64,000 bases of DNA. It comes from Eledone cirrhosa (Eukaryota). The notes beneath the pieces are model-generated. The model was not told where the DNA came from. It made no database searches and was given only the letters and a program-made list of their open reading frames with translations. Positions 12,869 through 22,904 of this stretch are shown here, one piece after another. The DNA lies in NCBI GenBank assembly GCA_964016885.1, contig OZ024744.1:29388001-29452000 (forward strand), given 5' to 3'. The first letter of the stretch is position 1. Every line of letters begins with the position of its first letter. A program made the translations under genes and the position numbers.

Positions 12869-13109
12869 ATTAAAGGTGGGAAACTGGGAGAGGGCACTTG
12901 CCCTGGTGGTCAGGGCCACTGTGGCCTTTTAATGGGCTTTCTCCACAAATGTCCCTCGGAAGTCTCCCCCCCTATTGGGGAATTTTTTTTAATTTTATTT
13001 CAACCTCCGTTTTTTTTACACGCAGAAATGCCCATTTGTACCGTCCTGTATTGTCCTGTACTGTCCTTAATGTCTACTTTATGTAAACCCTTGTGGTTAA
13101 TAAAGAAAA

Positions 13110-13152
<43 letters not shown>

Positions 13153-13154
13153 AT

Positions 13155-13350
13155 GGCGGTGTATTGGCAGTATCGGTAGAGGGTCGGTCGCCTTGCTTTG
13201 CAGCATAGAGTTACGGTCCTTTATGATCTGAGTTCAAATCCTGCCGAGGTTAACTTTGCCTTTCAACCTTACGGTGTCGATAAAATAAAGTACCAGTAAT
13301 GTACTGGGTAATTGCTGGCCTTGTGCCAAAAAGTAGAAACAATTATTATT
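13155..13350 (+). mobile_element. tRNA-derived SINE
   Basis: A-box-like TGGCAGTATCGG at 13165 and B-box GTTCAAATCC at 13232-13241; ATT tail; a close copy lies inverted at 45111-45293. Confidence 0.85.
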
Positions 13351-13749
13351 CTTATTATTCTTTGAGTCTCAGTCATTGATGTTATTAAACTGGAAAGTTT
13401 GTTGAAATGAATATCAAGCCGCCACCTGCAGCCTCAGATATTCAGGACGTATCGGAGGGTTCTTGCTGTTCCCAGCAAGCATGCCTTTTGAAGTGTTCCA
13501 AAAAGCGGGGCTGGACTAATCTTCTTTAACCATCCTTGGAAACTGTTTGAGATAGTACCTAGTGCGCCTATGACGATCGGGACGACTCAGACTTCATGGC
13601 AGTTCCAAATCCTTTTTAACTCCCACTTTATGTCCTGGTATTGGTTAATTTTATCCCTCTCCTTTCTTGCACTCTCTTGTCGAGAGGGCAGGCTACATCT
13701 ACAATCAGGTACGATCTTTTTTCCTTGTCCAAAACCACCAGGTCAGGCC

Positions 13750-13750
<1 letters not shown>
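13345..13750 (-). mobile_element. R4/Dong-type RLE non-LTR retrotransposon, 3' fragment 1
   Basis: Minus strand reads RPDLVVLDKEKRSYLIVDVACP...(frameshift)KINQYQDIKWELKRIW...VVPIVIGALG...LQKACLLGTARTLRYVLNI* (stop at 13434). Flanked by (AAT)n. Confidence 0.85.

Positions 13751-13780
<30 letters not shown>
13751..13780 (+). repeat. (ATT)10 between the two Dong-type fragments
   Basis: Perfect trinucleotide run. Confidence 0.95.
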
Positions 13781-14307
13781 TTTATATTCTTTCATTATTG
13801 TTTCTGAGATATATGCCGAGTGTCTTGCTGACACCTAGGGCAAATAAATTCACAGTGTGCATTGGTAAGCCGGTTAATACAGTACATTGATTATAAAAAA
13901 AAAAAAAAAACAGTATACATATATACACATGTGCACATGCATATGTAAATACAAGGTGGGATATCAATCTTATAGAGATAGTGCTCTTCTCAATACGTGT
14001 GCAGTACCAGTCTAAACAATGTTTTGCACCTCGTGCAGAGAGGGTAAACCAGGAATCATTCGCAAATATTGTTCTGTTCCTTTCTTGATCCTTCCCAGTC
14101 CTCCCACAATCACTGGTATTGTAACGGCCTTGAGGTGCCACATTTTCTCAATTTCAATAAGCAGATCTTTATATTTTCGTAGCTTGTCAAATCCTTTTGC
14201 CGCGATATTGTGATCACATGGGATGCTCATATCTATCAATAAACAGACCTTGTTGTGTTGATCTTTTACAATGATGTCAGGTCTATTTGCTTTTATGGTC
14301 CTGTCAG
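13781..14307 (-). mobile_element. R4/Dong-type RLE non-LTR retrotransposon, 3' fragment 2 (different family)
   Basis: Minus strand reads DRTIKANRPDIIVKD...LLIDMSIPCDHNIAAKGFDKLRKYKDLLIEIEKMWHLKAVTIPVIVGGLG...GTAHVLRRALSL* (stop at 13970), then a ~190-nt 3' UTR, with (AAT)n on both sides. Confidence 0.88.
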
Positions 14308-14322
14308 TTATTATTATTATTA

Positions 14323-14705
14323 ATCTAATCGGACGTATTTTGCTCGCTCCCAGTAAGTCTCTTTATTTGCCTGTTATAATTATTTGTTGTTAAATTGTTC
14401 TTGTTGTGTAAGGGATATAAGCCCTTTGACTTTGCCATGTGAAGGGGAAAGTATAATATTTGGGCCTTTTGGCCCAAATATTTGAACATTTTACTTTAAA
14501 AAAAAAATAATAAAAAAAAACATGGGTGAGTCACGCCCCCCTCCCCCCCCCAGCAATATGTCTGCTGTCGTGTGACAACGGCGTAATAGTTGAGAGGAGG
14601 GTTAGTGAAATTGTACCGTCCTGTATTGTCCTGTACTGTCCTTAATGTCTACTTTGTGTAAACCCTTGTGGTTAATAAAGAAAGCATTATTATTATTATT
14701 ATTAT
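14323..14705 (+). mobile_element. Chimeric internally deleted Tx1 mini-element (copy D-type 5' end + copy C-type 3' end)
   Basis: 14323-14612 aligns to 14706-14990 and 14613-14685 aligns to 13038-13110; AATAAA at 14674-14679; (ATT)6 tail. Confidence 0.9.
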
Positions 14706-14909
14706 CGGTCTGTTCGGACGCTTTTTGCTCGCTCCCAGTAAGTCGCTTTATTTGCCTGTAAAAATTATTTGTTGTTAAATATTTCTTGTTGTGTAAGGGA
14801 TATAAGCCCTTAGACTTTGCCCTGTCAAGGGGAATGTATAACGTTTGGGTCTTTTGGCACAAATATTTGAACATTTTTACATTTGAAAATTATTTGCAAA
14901 AAAGGAAAA

Positions 14910-16873
14910 ATGGATGAGCCACGCCGTCCAGCAATATGTCTGCTGTCGTGTGACAACGGCGTAAAAGTTGAGAGGAGAGTTAGTGAAATTCCTACAACAG
15001 ACACCACCACAAACAAAGACAACACCGAGAACACTAATTTTGAAAACATTACGACACCAACTACAACAATAACAGTGACAACCAAAATACAGACAACAGA
15101 AAAAATGACAACAAATGCAACAACGATATTAACACCACTAACAAGAAAATAAACAACAACAACACCAACAGAAACAATACAAATTGCACCGAAAACAACA
15201 ACAACGGTGGCACCAAAAACACAACCAACTACAACAGTGATAACAGCATCAACACCAACAACATCGTTTGTAGCAGTAGCAACAGCAACAGCACCAACAA
15301 CAAGACCGGTAGCGGCAGCAATAATGGTGCCGCTGAAAAAGGTGAGGCCCGAAATATAGAGACAGTGCTAGTCACGGAGGAGGAGATGGCAGTGGAAAGA
15401 GCCATGGTGTCGAGAAACGACAACAGAGTTTCCCTGAAACCTCCACCCGATTTCTTCAAAGACCAAAGCTGTGCACGGTGACTTATCACACCGTAAGCAA
15501 AATGTCACATCTGGTGGAGAGAGCCACGGAGGCTCAAATCCAAAAGGCCTTGGGGTGCGTCTGGGCGCGCAAAACCCACATCACCCGAGGTCAAAAGTAC
15601 GCCACAGTAGACGTACTTTTCGACACCCGCAAGAGGTTAAGTCTCACTCTTTGGAAACCCTAAAGAGTGAGGAGATAATCTTGGTGTCCTCCTACTGCGG
15701 GCAGAAAATTGTGAGGGTCAAAGTGACCCAGGTTCCGCCCGACGTGCCCATACCTTGGCTGGCCGCGTCTATACTGGCTGGAATCGAGGAGAAGACCACC
15801 ATACTGCAAATACAGAGAATGGGAAGAGAGAACTGCTCGGGAATAGGTATGCAAATGTTAATACAGACTGACCAGTAGTGCATCGAGGCCATCCCAGACA
15901 TCATAGACCTCGAAGAAGGGCTCCAACTTCCTATAAGCGTGGAAGGAAGGAGCCCAAAGTGCTATCTCTCTGGGCAGAAGGGTCACCTCAGGGCCTTCTG
16001 CCCGTAGAAGACAGCTGAGAAGAAGGCTCCCCCCCTTCCGACGCCTGATCCGCTACTACCAAGAGAAGTGCAGGCAACAGAGGCAGAAGACCCTTCCATG
16101 GTGAGTAGGAGGGCAACGTCCGTGGCACCCATACCAAGGCCACGGACAACTAAAGCAGCGGCAGCAGTGGCGGCAATACCAACAGTCGTCGTAGCCACAC
16201 CGGCTGCAAAATCGCCGGAGCGTCTTCAGTACCACCACCAACAGCAGTGGAGGTCATACCCCTCCCAGACACTGCGGGGTCCGACATGGAGTGTGAGGCG
16301 GGAGGGAAGTGGAAAACGGTCTGCCACAAAAAAACAAAAGAGGAAAAACCCCTTAGCTTCACCCTCCAAAAGTGAAGGCAGACAAAGAGGGGTAAAGGCT
16401 GCAAAGAGACTTGCAGCAATAGCACCACCATCACCACCACAAGCACCACCACCAACAACAACCACACCACCACCAGCATCACCAAAAACACTAACAACGC
16501 AAACACAACAGAACACACATACCCAACAGCAACAAGAAGAAAACAGCAACAAAATCACCCCTCCCCCCCCCAAAAGTACACAGCCATAAACATGGTAAAT
16601 AAAGAACTCATACAATATATAAAGCAGCACACAGACATCACAGGAAAAAACTACTACACTCCACCAACACCAAGAACTCTCCCGACAAACATAAGCAACA
16701 TTGAAATCTCAATAGAACATTACAAACTTTTAAAACAAAAATTCCACAACGGAGTTGGAGACTTCAGAGGGTCGGTTACCAAGAGGATATACACTGACAT
16801 CCTCTTGGAAACACCCATGACCAGCGAAAGGGACGGTTCTACTGTCCCTTCACCACACGATCAAGGTAAGTGA
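14910..16873 (+). pseudogene. Copy D ORF1
   Basis: Fragments homologous to copy C ORF1, including VWARKTHITRGQKY, SYCGQKIVRVKVTQVPP, a degenerate knuckle CYLSGQKGHLRAFC and the C-terminal domain. Confidence 0.88.
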
Positions 16874-16905
16874 TCCTTTCTCACTTACCCCGTTCCTCAT
16901 CCAAC

Positions 16906-19900
16906 ATGGCCGTACTCAGAATAGGCAGTATAAATGTACGTGGCCTGGGGTCATCTTGGAAGCAGAGTCCCCTGCTCAACGACGTCAGATCACTAAACAT
17001 AGATGTGGTGGTCATCAGTGAAACCAGAATCTCCGAAGCACAAAGCCTTCGCACAGATCTTCGGCGGCTACGAAGTATACGCATCTCCCAGCCGTCCAGG
17101 ATCGAGGGGAGGGGTGGCAGTGCTTTTTCGGAGAAGCTTGGATCTCGCCATACGAGCCATCTTCCTGGACCCAGAAGGTAAGCCGGTGGTGCTGGACGTG
17201 ACCGGCAGCGAAGGCAATGCTTTCAGGATAGTAGCCGACTACGCCCCAACAGGGGCAGGATGGCCAGATTTCTTCAGACGCCTAGAGACCTTTCTTGGAT
17301 CGTCCCGCTCTTTAGTGTTAGTGGGCGACTGGAACGGTATCTTAGATGCACGCTGGGATTATGTGGGGTTAGTAGACAGGGAAGGAGGGTGTAAAAGACT
17401 CAACAACCTGCTTAGACGTTTTGAACTGTCTGACAGGTATAGACTGGATTATCCGAATGTTCCAATGTGGACATGGGCAAACCGCATCGGGTCATCCAGA
17501 TCGTATTTAGATAGGGTATTCTGTAGGGAAATAGATAAGGCTAGTGTAAGTTGTTCACAATTTAAAGTAGTCGACTACATGGACAACAAAATTGTGATCT
17601 GTAAAGTTGACTTAGATACATTCCATAGGCAAGGGCCCGGTTACTGGAAGCTGAACGCGTCGTTCCCGGTGCGCAAAGCTTACAGAGACCGGATTAGCGA
17701 ATTAGTTAAGCATGCGTGGACGGGTGCGATCGTCAACAACAGGCGGTGGTTTACCCCGAAAAGGGCTATTAGAGTAGAATCGATAAGGTTTAGCAAAGGA
17801 GTAATGATAGAGGAAAATAGAGTAGAGGGAGAGTTAGTTAGAAAGCTAGAAGAGGCGTTTAGGACAGGCATCGCTCGACTAATTCTTCAACGCAAAGCAT
17901 GAAGGCTGCGTTGTCAGAGCTAGAGGTAGAGGCGACGAAAGCCGTTCAATGGGCCCGGATAGTTGAGGCGCGACGTGGCAACAAGTCCACAATTCGGTCT
18001 TTGCCTGATCAAAACGGGCGCATATTGCTCGAACCCGAGCAGATGTGTGGCTTTTCAACAGCACTTTGCTCAATTGTTCAGGAGCGGCGGCGGGCCGGAT
18101 CGGAGTATGGACTTCGGTACATACCTCGACGGAATGCTGCGGCTCTCGACGAGCGCAGCGCAGTGCTGCGAAAAGACGATAACAGCAGCTGAAATACGGG
18201 AAGCGATGTCTGACTGCACGAGGCGTAAATCGCCAGGTTTGTGTGGTCTACCCTACGAGCTTTATGCGTATATGCCAGACTTGTTCGGCGACCTCTTGGC
18301 AGACGTCTACTGCAACTGGCAGCAAAACGGGAGCATTCCCAGTTTTGTGAGCCAGGGAGCGGTGGCGCTGCTGAGAAAAGACCCGAACAAGGGGGGTCGT
18401 TATAGACAACTTCAGGCCCCTAACCCTGCTAAAAGCAGAGTTTAAGATGTTGGCCAAGGTGTTAGGAAAGAGATTGGCGCTTGTCGTCGGTGATCTGGTG
18501 GGAGAGGCGCAGACATGCACGATTCCGGACAGATCAATCCACGACAACTCCCATCTCATGCGATACATCATAGAGAGGGTGGTTAAGGAACCTGGCACGG
18601 GTGGGGCTCTGATCAACTTGGATCAATCTAAAGCATTTGATAGGGTCGACCGCCGGTACCTGGCTGTGGTCCTCGATGCGGCCGGCTTCGGGCCCGTTTT
18701 TAGGGACTGGATCGCTGCGATGCACAGCGACATCTGCTTGATTGTGAGGGTGAATGGTCACCTGTCCCAGCCTTTCAGCATCATGCGCTCGGTCCGCCAA
18801 GGTTGCCCCTTCTCGTCCCTCTTGTACGTACTGGCCCTAGAGCCTTTACTACACAAATTGGAGACGATGAAGGGGATCCCACGCGAACTGGGATGCGGGA
18901 GATCCGTGTCAGCTTACGCCGACGACGTCACCGTAGTGGTGTCGAGCACCAGACACGTCCAGATGCTCGGCATCGCTCTCAAGGAATACGAAGCGGTGAC
19001 AGGAGCAAAGATAAACCAGGAAAAGTCGGTGAGCTTGCAACTCGGCACCTGGAGAGGCAAGTCCATGCCGTCCGACAGTGTCGTGTGACGCTGAACGGAA
19101 GGACCGGTTAAATTACTCGGAGTCTGGTTCGGTCCGGACCTCCAGATGGAGAAAAACTGGAGCGAGGTGACGAGCAGGGTAGCCTCTCTCACCCAGAAAT
19201 GGGCCGAGAGGAGGCTGTCTCTGAAAGGTCGGGCGGAGGTGGCGAATGCGTACATAGCGTCCGTCATCTGCTATCGCTTGACCGTCGTACCTTTCCCCCG
19301 CCCAACTCCGAACAAAATGCAGCGCCTTCTCTTCCGCTTTTTGTGGAAGGGACGTGCTCCCATGGTAGGACGATCCATTTGCTGTCAAGATTTGCGTGGA
19401 GGGCTAGGCATGCCGTGGCTGATGATGCGCAAACATGCGCTGAGGCTGCGACATCTCTGTTGCTTCCTTGACGGTGAACAGGTGTGGTCGCTGTTTGCTA
19501 GACGCGCTTTTCCCCAGCTCGTCTCCTTGATGGAGCTGCACCCCTGGATCAGGAAAATACCGAGGGATAGCGCTTGGAAGCTGGAATGTCTCCAAGCGCT
19601 CACCGCCCTCTACCATCTGGGCACTAGTATCGGTGGAATATCCACCTCAGCGTTCTATAGAGGGCTAGTGGAGGGAAAGAGCGACGACGTTCTCGGGGAG
19701 ACCCTGGGCGTCGAAGACGATCAGCTGTTCGCTGTCTACAAGAGAACTTTCAGACCGAGGCCTATGGACAACTTCCAGAAATCCCTGTCCTGGCCGTGCT
19801 ACCGGGGAGCGTTGCCAGTTCGGGATAAGCTCTACAGGCACGGAGTTGCTGTCAGCCGAGCCTGTCCTAGATGCGCGCAGGGCGACGAAATCGTCCTGCA

Positions 19901-20260
19901 CGCACTCGTTCAGTGCCCGAGGATTGCTGACTTGTGGAGCTATGTTGAACAGCTGCTGTCGTGTGTAGGACGGATCCATGCAGATAGCCCCGCTCTTCCT
20001 TTAAGGAGGAGGAAGGGCAGGCAGTTTTCATCTGCCTGGTGGCCATGGCGAAAGAGATTATGTAGTAGACAAGGTTGAAAGGATTGAAGACGGACACTTT
20101 CCTCTTCGGCGAATCCTTGATTAACTTTTTCAAATTTCACTTGAAGAGGAAAATCAGAGTAGAGAGGCAAGTGCTCTCTTCTAGTAAGTTTGTTGAAAGG
20201 TGGATGAAAGTGGCGAGTCTGGTCCGAGTGAACAGGTCCACTCTGAGTATGTGCCTGTAG
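16906..20260 (+). pseudogene. Copy D ORF2 (APE-RT-zinc finger), disrupted
   Basis: ORFs 17003-17902, 17963-18445, 18447-19088, 19146-20078 and 20075-20260 are colinear with copy C ORF2. Confidence 0.92.
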
Positions 20261-20665
20261 ACTGAGGAGTGGAAAACTGAGAGAGGGCGCTTGCCCTGAT
20301 GTCAGGGTGGCCATGGTGTTATGTGTGGTTTTCGCCACGACTGACCCTCGTAGGTTTCCCCTTTTTGGGGAACTTTTGTTGTTTGAAATTTTTTGATCTC
20401 TAGCCCGATTGTTATAACCTGTTTACACGACCAAAACCCACTTTGTTTCGTCCTGTACCGTTCTGTGCCATCTTTAATGTTTTTCTTCGTGTTAGCCCTT
20501 GTGGCCAATAAAGAAACCTTTATTGTTGTTGTTTTTTTATTGTTCTGTCTATCGTTAATATTACTACCACTATTATTATTACTATTTCTCACTCTCCTGC
20601 TATTGTCATTGTTATGACTATTACTATAATAGAGTTATTGTCCGTATAGTTGTTTTTGTTTATTT

Positions 20666-21055
20666 TCGCATTCCATATATCTATATTATATCTGTATTAT
20701 ATCGCATTCAATATATCTATATTATATCTGTATTATATCGCATTCCATATATCTATATTATATCTGTATTATATCGCATTCAATATATCTATATTATATC
20801 TGTATTATATCGCATTCAATATATCTATATTATATCTGTATTATATCGCATTCCATATATCTATATTATATCTGTATTATATCGCATTCAATATATCTAG
20901 ATTATATCTGTATTATATCGCATTCCATATATCTATATTATATCTGTATTATATCGCATTCAATATATCTATATTATATCTGTATTATATCGCATTCAAT
21001 ATATCTATATTATATCTGTATTATATCGCATTCAATATATATATTTATATCTGTA
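20666..21055 (+). repeat. 36-bp minisatellite, ~11 copies
   Basis: Unit TCGCATTC(C/A)ATATATCTATATTATATCTGTATTATA in direct tandem. Confidence 0.95.
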
Positions 21056-21207
21056 TTTTTGACTGTTGGTCAGTCAATGATAAACATTGAGGACCGAATA
21101 AATTAACTGATATAAAAGGTACAGAAGCGAAAACCCACCAAACTGTGAATGTGTTCTGTTATTATTTCTGGCAATATTATAACAACAATATGACCCTCCC
21201 CAAGTAT

Positions 21208-21255
<48 letters not shown>

Positions 21256-21381
21256 TTATGAATTCAGAATCGATTTGATTTCATCATGTATCCCAATTGA
21301 AGAATATATTGAATTCAGAATAATAAATTTCTATACAACATATTTTGCTTTTTTCTTCTAACATATAAGGAACAATTTCAT

Positions 21382-21410
21382 TCCCGGGCAACACCGGATG
21401 CCTGTGCTAG
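21382..21410 (+). mobile_element. Helitron-like 3' terminus
   Basis: GC-rich hairpin CCGGGCAACACCGG, 9 nt before CTAG followed by T, in AT-rich DNA. Confidence 0.55.
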
Positions 21411-21742
21411 TCATTAATACTGCTTCAACGGAATATTTCAATCCAGTAAGTATAGTAAGTATTGTATATATTGTTTTTGTATATTTATGTATCATTTATT
21501 GCACAATCAACAATAAGATTTATATGCAACAGAAATGCAAATCATCATTTTTTTCTTAAATAGCTCCTCTTAATTATTTCGTCTGTGGAATCTCCACGGG
21601 GTTTACTAATAATATATTTATTCAGAGTTGTAATAATTATTTTTCCCAAGAGATTGTCCAATGGCTGGGTGATTTCTTTCTCGAGTAGCGTCAACTACTA
21701 CCGCAAGCGCATATGTACATGCAGTATATAAGTATGTATGTA

Positions 21743-21788
<46 letters not shown>

Positions 21789-21789
21789 A

Positions 21790-22509
21790 TTACATTCATG
21801 AATACTGATATTTACATTATAATGCCTGTTTTATACGAACTAATATTTTCTACGGGATAAAACATAGCGGTTTTAAATTCTGCCTCGTTCATTTTCTCTT
21901 TTTCATTTTCTCTTTTTTCTCTCTATATAACGGCTATTTTCTCTCTTAACTACATACATCTCTCTTTACATTAATACTAGAGCTAAATAAATAAATAAAT
22001 AAATAAATAAATGTATCAACCGATACTCAACTTCCTAGTTTCTCTATCTATCTCTATCTATCTCTTTCTTTTTTCCTCTCTCTATATATATTTCTCTCTG
22101 TTTCTTTACATGTAGTTCTTCTCTTTATCTACCTTTCTATATCTCTCTATTTAGTCACATGCATTTCTTCTTTTTCTTCGTTTCTCTTTCTTTCTTTCTT
22201 TCTTTCTTTCTTTTTACAACTGTCCACAATATTTTTTACTGCCAAATCAACCTCCCAAATGCAAGGTGATTGAAAGGTATGTCGTATCTATTTATTTATA
22301 AGACTGTTTATATTGTATTTTGTCTGAAGAAGGCATAACATATTGTTAATATGATATCCCTGAAATATATATAATGAAATAAATATGGTTTTATAAATAT
22401 AGTTTCCATTTATTTAATATCATAAATATACTCCAAATACTTGTTGAGTGCTTTTATATCAGTTATAAATATTTACTCGTTGTTAACCCAACAATTTAAA
22501 TATAACTTT

Positions 22510-22510
<1 letters not shown>
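21790..22510 (+). mobile_element. Probable Penelope-like element remnant (3' UTR / pseudo-LTR)
   Basis: Lies between (TA)n tracts; pyrimidine-rich UTR; minimal hammerhead between a donor AG|GTATGT (~22277) and an acceptor-like TATCAG (~22462); weak C..LYE..I..LN remnant near 21825. Confidence 0.55.
22316..22381 (+). ncRNA. Minimal type I hammerhead ribozyme motif
   Basis: Stem I TATTTTGT / ATGAAATA, CTGAAGA at 22324-22330, stem II AGG..CCT, GAAA at 22362-22365, palindromic stem III TATATA, AUA cleavage triplet ending at 22373. Confidence 0.7.
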
Positions 22511-22548
<38 letters not shown>

Positions 22549-22644
22549 CAGAGGGCGTTAGCCACCGGTGTTTGCATAACTACGGCTTCCTAAAACCGTA
22601 TTTCTTTGGAGATACGAAATTTCTATACACACACACACACACAT

Positions 22645-22710
<66 letters not shown>

Positions 22711-22715
<5 letters not shown>

Positions 22716-22799
22716 AGAAAGTATGACCCCGACGGCAGAGCTCAAGGCGTTTCGACGAAACGGCTTGAGCTGTGCCGTCGGGGTCATACTCTCTCCTAT
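22711..22799. repeat. 89-bp near-perfect palindrome
   Basis: 44-bp arms (22711-22754 and 22756-22799), 1-nt centre, 3 mismatches; directly follows (TA)n. Confidence 0.95.
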
Positions 22800-22904
22800 T
22801 ACCCACTCTACTACCCTAAGTATTGAGTACTCTGGTGCGTTATGGTCCATCTGGTTCCATACCACAACTCCTCGTTATATATATATATATATATATATAT
22901 ATAA

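Larger units (their letters stand above)
7218..13150 (+). mobile_element. Tx1-type copy C, apparently full length (~5.9 kb)
   Basis: ~200-nt leader, ORF1, 34-nt spacer, ORF2, 3' UTR with AATAAA at 13099-13104 and (ATT)13 at 13111-13149; flanked by (ATT)n on both sides. Confidence 0.95.
14706..20640 (+). mobile_element. Tx1-type copy D, full length but decayed
   Basis: Leader, ORF1 remnants (14910-16873), ORF2 remnants (16906-20260), 3' UTR, AATAAA at 20507-20512 and a degenerate ATT/GTT tail. Confidence 0.93.

Noticed and set aside
13155-13245. tRNA gene
   Set aside because: Pol III boxes are present, but there is no clean cloverleaf and it continues into a SINE body repeated elsewhere in the window.
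20666-21055. 36-bp repeats as a CRISPR array
   Set aside because: Units are contiguous with no spacers, there are no cas genes, and the context is eukaryotic.
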